A stretch of DNA of 63,430 bases, counting the filler, from Corallochytrium limacisporum Hawaii (Eukaryota > Protista > Pluriformea), in assembly GCA_002811645.1 (NCBI GenBank). It is 6 parts of 6 records of this genome, joined end to end, with 100 filler letters (N's around TTAATTAATTAA, not from the genome) between each part and the next. Parts side by side here need not be neighbours in the genome. Positions count along the whole stretch, not along the records: positions 54,398 to 60,973 come from PDIP01000158.1; positions 61,074 to 62,268 come from PDIP01000228.1; positions 62,369 to 63,430 come from PDIP01000243.1; 3 more parts are not named here. One strand, given 5' to 3'. Numbering within the stretch: position 1 is the stretch's first letter; each line of letters begins with the position of its first letter. The position numbers and the translations under genes are program-made. The notes below the pieces were generated by a model. The model ran no database searches, had not been told where the DNA came from, and saw only the letters and a list, made by a program, of their open reading frames with translations. Of this stretch, positions 59,311 through 63,430 are shown in pieces.

Positions 59311-62300
59311 GGAGTAAGGAGAAAGGAGAAGAAGTAATAGTGGACCAAGGGGTCCCCCTCCCCTCCCCTCCTCAGGGGCGGTAGATGGAGGACGATGACT
59401 TGGGGAAGGAAGAGGGAGAGAGAGAAGTGGGAGGTTTTGAACACCGAAACCGTGGATGTGACCCTGCCAGGGGAAAGGGAGGTTAGTTAGACCTTCTTCG
59501 AAAGTGTTCCATAAACTCACCAATTTCTCATGGCCCGGTACTGTGCTTAATCGTTCGTTGGTGTCCTGTGTAAAAAGGGTGTGTGTGGGTGCGGATGTGC
59601 TCGGGGATTGTTTCAGAAGGGGCGCATTCCTTCACAATGTTGTACCTTCCCCTGCAATGCCCTCCGGTTGTCCAGTCCCTCCCCCCCCCCACCCCACTTC
59701 TTCTCCCCTTCATTTTACTTTTGCTGGGGTTTGAGTTTTGGCCCAACTGCCCTGAGGTGACTTTTTCGTTCCCGGGTTGAACACCCCCTAACCTTCCCTT
59801 TCTCCGCCTCTCTTCTTTCACACTTCCCCCCCCCCGGTTCTCCACCAAAAAAAAAAAAANNNNNNNNNNNNNNNNNNNNNNNNNNNNNNNNNNNNNNNNN
59901 NNNNNNNCCCCCCCCCGGTCCCCCACCAAAAAAAAAAAAAGAAAAGAACTCTCAGCAGCGGGCAGCAAGAGAAGCAGCAGCTTGGGAGAGAGGGACGGGC
60001 GTTGTTCGTCTGTCCCTCTCGCCCGGGACCAGGGGGCTTGGGTGGCCGGGATCGTGAGCCGGGGAGCGAAGGGGGTCCCGGGCCGGGTTGGGAACACATG
60101 TCTTTGGCTTTTCTCTCCAAGCACTGCCTTTCTTTTCGTTGGGTTGGTGTGCACCATTGACCGTGGAACGACGCCCGGATTGCCACCTAAGACGGTTTGG
60201 CCTGTCGTTTCTCTGACTTGACCATCTCTCCCGGTTTGACGTTTCCCCCGCTCTCTCTCTCGCTGTCTCTCTCTCTCTCTCGGGGTTTTCGTTCTGGTAA
60301 GCACGGGGGCCCCGCGGGGGNNNNNNNNNNNNNNNNNNNNNNNNNNNNNNNNNNNNNNNNNNNNNNNNNNNNNNNNNNNNNNNNNNNNNNNNNNNNNNNN
60401 NNNNNNNNNNGTGCTCTTCCGATCAAGAAAAGAAAAGGGGAGGTCATAATCACCCCCCCTCCCCCCGGGGACCCCTGCCAGCCTCCAAGGATTTTTTGTT
60501 TTTTTTAACTTTTGCCGGGTTCTGTCCACAAATTCCGAGCATAGTTTTTTTTTCTGGTTGCCGGGGTCTGGGTACCAAAGAGTACGGCCTTTTTTGTCAT
60601 TGCCGGCAAGGGGGGGGAGAGGCTGGGGTCCTGCGTTGGATTGGGTATCCGGAGCATCGGGCAGGAGGACACAGAGTTCGACACCGGGGGTACCACCCTC
60701 TGTCTGGTATGTCAGGGTCATAACTCCGAAAATCTTGACTCCCGAGGATCTTTTTCAAATTTGATTGTATAATAACTTATAATGATTCTATTCTATTTCA
60801 TTATATTTTGCTATTTTTAACAATCATTTACAAATATTTCAATAGCTGATTCAAACGAAGAGTCCCTGCTACTCTCAAAAATGGACTATTTTGACTTTGG
60901 CTTGACATTGAACACATCGTAGTCGTACAAAAAAATTAAATATGAGCATCTATTACCACCATGACTTGAACCANNNNNNNNNNNNNNNNNNNNNNNNNNN
61001 NNNNNNNNNNNNNNNNNTTAATTAATTAANNNNNNNNNNNNNNNNNNNNNNNNNNNNNNNNNNNNNNNNNNNNCCCCCCCCCCGGGGGAGCCCCTCCTCC
61101 ACCCCACGCCCCTGACAGGGGCGGGGAGGGGAGGGGAGGCAGTTTTGGCGTACACAGCTGTGCTACGTCTCTGTGTGTTTCCGCTCACTTTTTTTTTCCC
61201 TTTTCTTTTAGGTTTTCTTTTTCTCCTTGGGCTTCTTGCTGCTGGTGCCCTCCTGCTGCGGTTGTTGGTATGCTTCTCCTGCAAGGCTGGCCGGCAAGAA
61301 GAGAAAGGGAAACAAATAAAAGACCAAAGAAAAAAAAGGGGAAACATTTTCGGATTGCACCGTGGCCCGGTCCTCGCCGGTGTGTTTTCGTGGGCCACCA
61401 CCACCACCACCACCGCCACTCTTTGCTTGCTCCCGCCCGCTCGGTCGGGACGGAGATGGGGTCGGTGGCATGTTGCCTCGGGTTTTGGGTGCTGTGTCGG
61501 GTGGTCTCGTCCTCCTTCCCAGCCGCGTTGGGATGCTTCGCACCGCTACTTCCCCACAACCACCACCACGACTGGCACGCACGCACACACACACACACAC
61601 ACAACGCAACCCTTCCCCACTGCCTCGTCTGCCGAGAGACGTGGACGGGAGAGAGGAGAAAGTTTTTGGGCCCTGTCGCCAACTCCTCCGTCCTTGGCAG
61701 GCGATGGGCACCCAGCGTTTTCTTTAAAGTTTTTGCTTGCGCCGGTGGGGGGCCCACAACAAAAACTTTCCTTGGCCCGCCCGGTGTTTTGTGTTTTCAA
61801 ACCGGAAAACCCAAAGGAAAAGATAAAGAAAAGAAGGAGAAAAAAAAAACTCCCGACCGAACCGACAGTCGGACCAACGATCGCGGAAAAGGAAAAACAC
61901 GGAGGAGAGCCCCGGGGAGAAGGGGGGGAGGCCTTCATCGGCCCCCACCGTGGTGGAACGGCAAGGGATGACCACGGAGCGAAGGGGCCTACAGGGAAAC
62001 CATAACACGGAGCATGGCGATGATGAGATGGGATCAATGGATTAAAAGGAAAACAGGGGAGGAAGAATAAAACAAAAGGTAGAGCAGGGCAAACTAGGAC
62101 GTCCGACTCTTTGCAGATCCCGATCGGCTGTCTCCCCACACGCAGACAGCAGGGCAAGGCCATAACAAACCATGGCACATAATAACAAAAGGAAGAAACA
62201 CAAACACTGGTGCTTTGTTAAGTAAAAACTCTTTGCCCCCGAACCACCTCTCTCCCCCCCCCCCCCCCNNNNNNNNNNNNNNNNNNNNNNNNNNNNNNNN

Positions 62301-62688
62301 NNNNNNNNNNNNTTAATTAATTAANNNNNNNNNNNNNNNNNNNNNNNNNNNNNNNNNNNNNNNNNNNNGCCCTCCCCCCCCCCCCCCCCCACGGGCCATC
62401 CGCACCCAAACTGGTTCGGAGTGTGGCTGTTGTGCCTTTAGACAGAACACTGCTTGCTCGATATTGAACCATTGACGAAGTCATTTGAGCGCGCTTCTTA
62501 GATGAAACATAACTACTTAAAGAAGCAATTAACATGATGTTCTCGTGAATTTGGTCTTGGATCGTACAGTTATCAATTTCTTACACATTCCCAAACTGCA
62601 GATAAACACAACTGAGAAAAAGATCGGGTTTTCGCACATTGTTGTCGGCCCATAGAATAGATCCCCTAATAGAGTACATAAAGTGACC

Positions 62689-62976
62689 ATGGCAAATGCA
62701 GATATTGTGCTCCCTTTGGAGCTTGCAGACAAGAGCTGTGGAAGCAAGGTGTGGGTGATCATGAAGTTTGATAAAGAATTCGTGGGCACATTGTGCGGGT
62801 TTGATGACTACGTAAACATGGTCCTGCAGGACGTGACAGAATATGAAAAGACAGCGGAAGGCGTGAAAACTTCTCACCTTGAGACCATTCTGTTGAACGG
62901 CAAAGACGTGTGCATGATTGTCCCTGGTGGTGACGGCAAAGAAGCATCATGGACGCCTATGCAAGGGAGCAGCTAG
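62689..62976 (+). CDS. LSM5: U6 snRNA-associated Sm-like protein LSm5
   Basis: [47 protein letters not shown]...ILLNG...MIVPGG. ATG at 62689. Confidence 0.95.
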   Translation: MANADIVLPLELADKSCGSKVWVIMKFDKEFVGTLCGFDDYVNMVLQDVTEYEKTAEGVKTSHLETILLNGKDVCMIVPGGDGKEASWTPMQGSS

Positions 62977-63430
62977 ATTTCAATACATTCATTATACAAG
63001 GATACCATAGTCATGAATTTCCATGTGATAGACCCTACTTGTACTCTCAGTAAAAATTGGACTCCCGTTCGCATGGAGCAGGACCCTATTGAGGGACCGA
63101 AGCGCAGGAGAGCCCACACAGTTTCATCCACAGCATCAGTACGTTTATACTCCTAGTTGGTTCTATCGCCATCTCTAGCATTAGGTTCCTTCGGTACCAC
63201 CGATGCGCCAGCGGCTTGCGTGCAGAGAGTTCAACTCCATACCTATGCACACAGCACGAGTCGCAGCAGCAAGAAGACAGTATACTACTCGGCCCGGAAG
63301 GCTGGGGCAGCCCAAGCGAACACTGTTGCACCCCACGAGGGCAGTAATATACCACCCTCTGTCTCCTAAGTATGAGACAAATCGCACGAAAACGAGAACC
63401 CCGATCACTCTTTTTAATCATGATTGAGTA

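Noticed and set aside
59528-62178. Long ORFs (397, 286, 233 and 210 aa) in the low-complexity scaffolds
   Set aside because: They run through N gaps or microsatellites and have no protein-like composition.

Overview
Eukaryotic nuclear DNA from a very intron-poor organism. The rRNA, TTAGGG telomere repeat and gene set look opisthokont-like; a Corallochytrium-like unicellular holozoan is my unverified guess. The window is six separate scaffolds joined by artificial 100-nt linkers (N44-TTAATTAATTAA-N44), so adjacency across linkers is meaningless. Scaffold 1 (1-30638) carries an SLC35A-type nucleotide-sugar transporter, a three-gene bacterial-type FetAB/STAR ABC transporter cluster (fetB1<-fetA<- ->fetB2, only 37 nt between fetA and fetB1), a bHLH-ZIP factor, RPL10A, a pseudogenised flagellar gene DRC3/LRRC48, GCN2, gamma-SNAP and GFAT. 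Scaffold 2 (30739-47566) ends in TTAGGG repeats and carries two orphan secreted 6-Cys proteins, a fused beta-alpha cobalt-type nitrile hydratase and an atypical P1B heavy-metal ATPase with Cys-rich N- and C-termini. Scaffold 3 is one rDNA unit (18S-5.8S-28S, minus strand). Scaffolds 4-5 are low-complexity DNA with no recognisable gene, and scaffold 6 contains LSM5. The best candidates for something new are the operon-like FetA/FetB1/FetB2 cluster, the subtelomeric nitrile hydratase plus metal ATPase pair, and the decayed DRC3.
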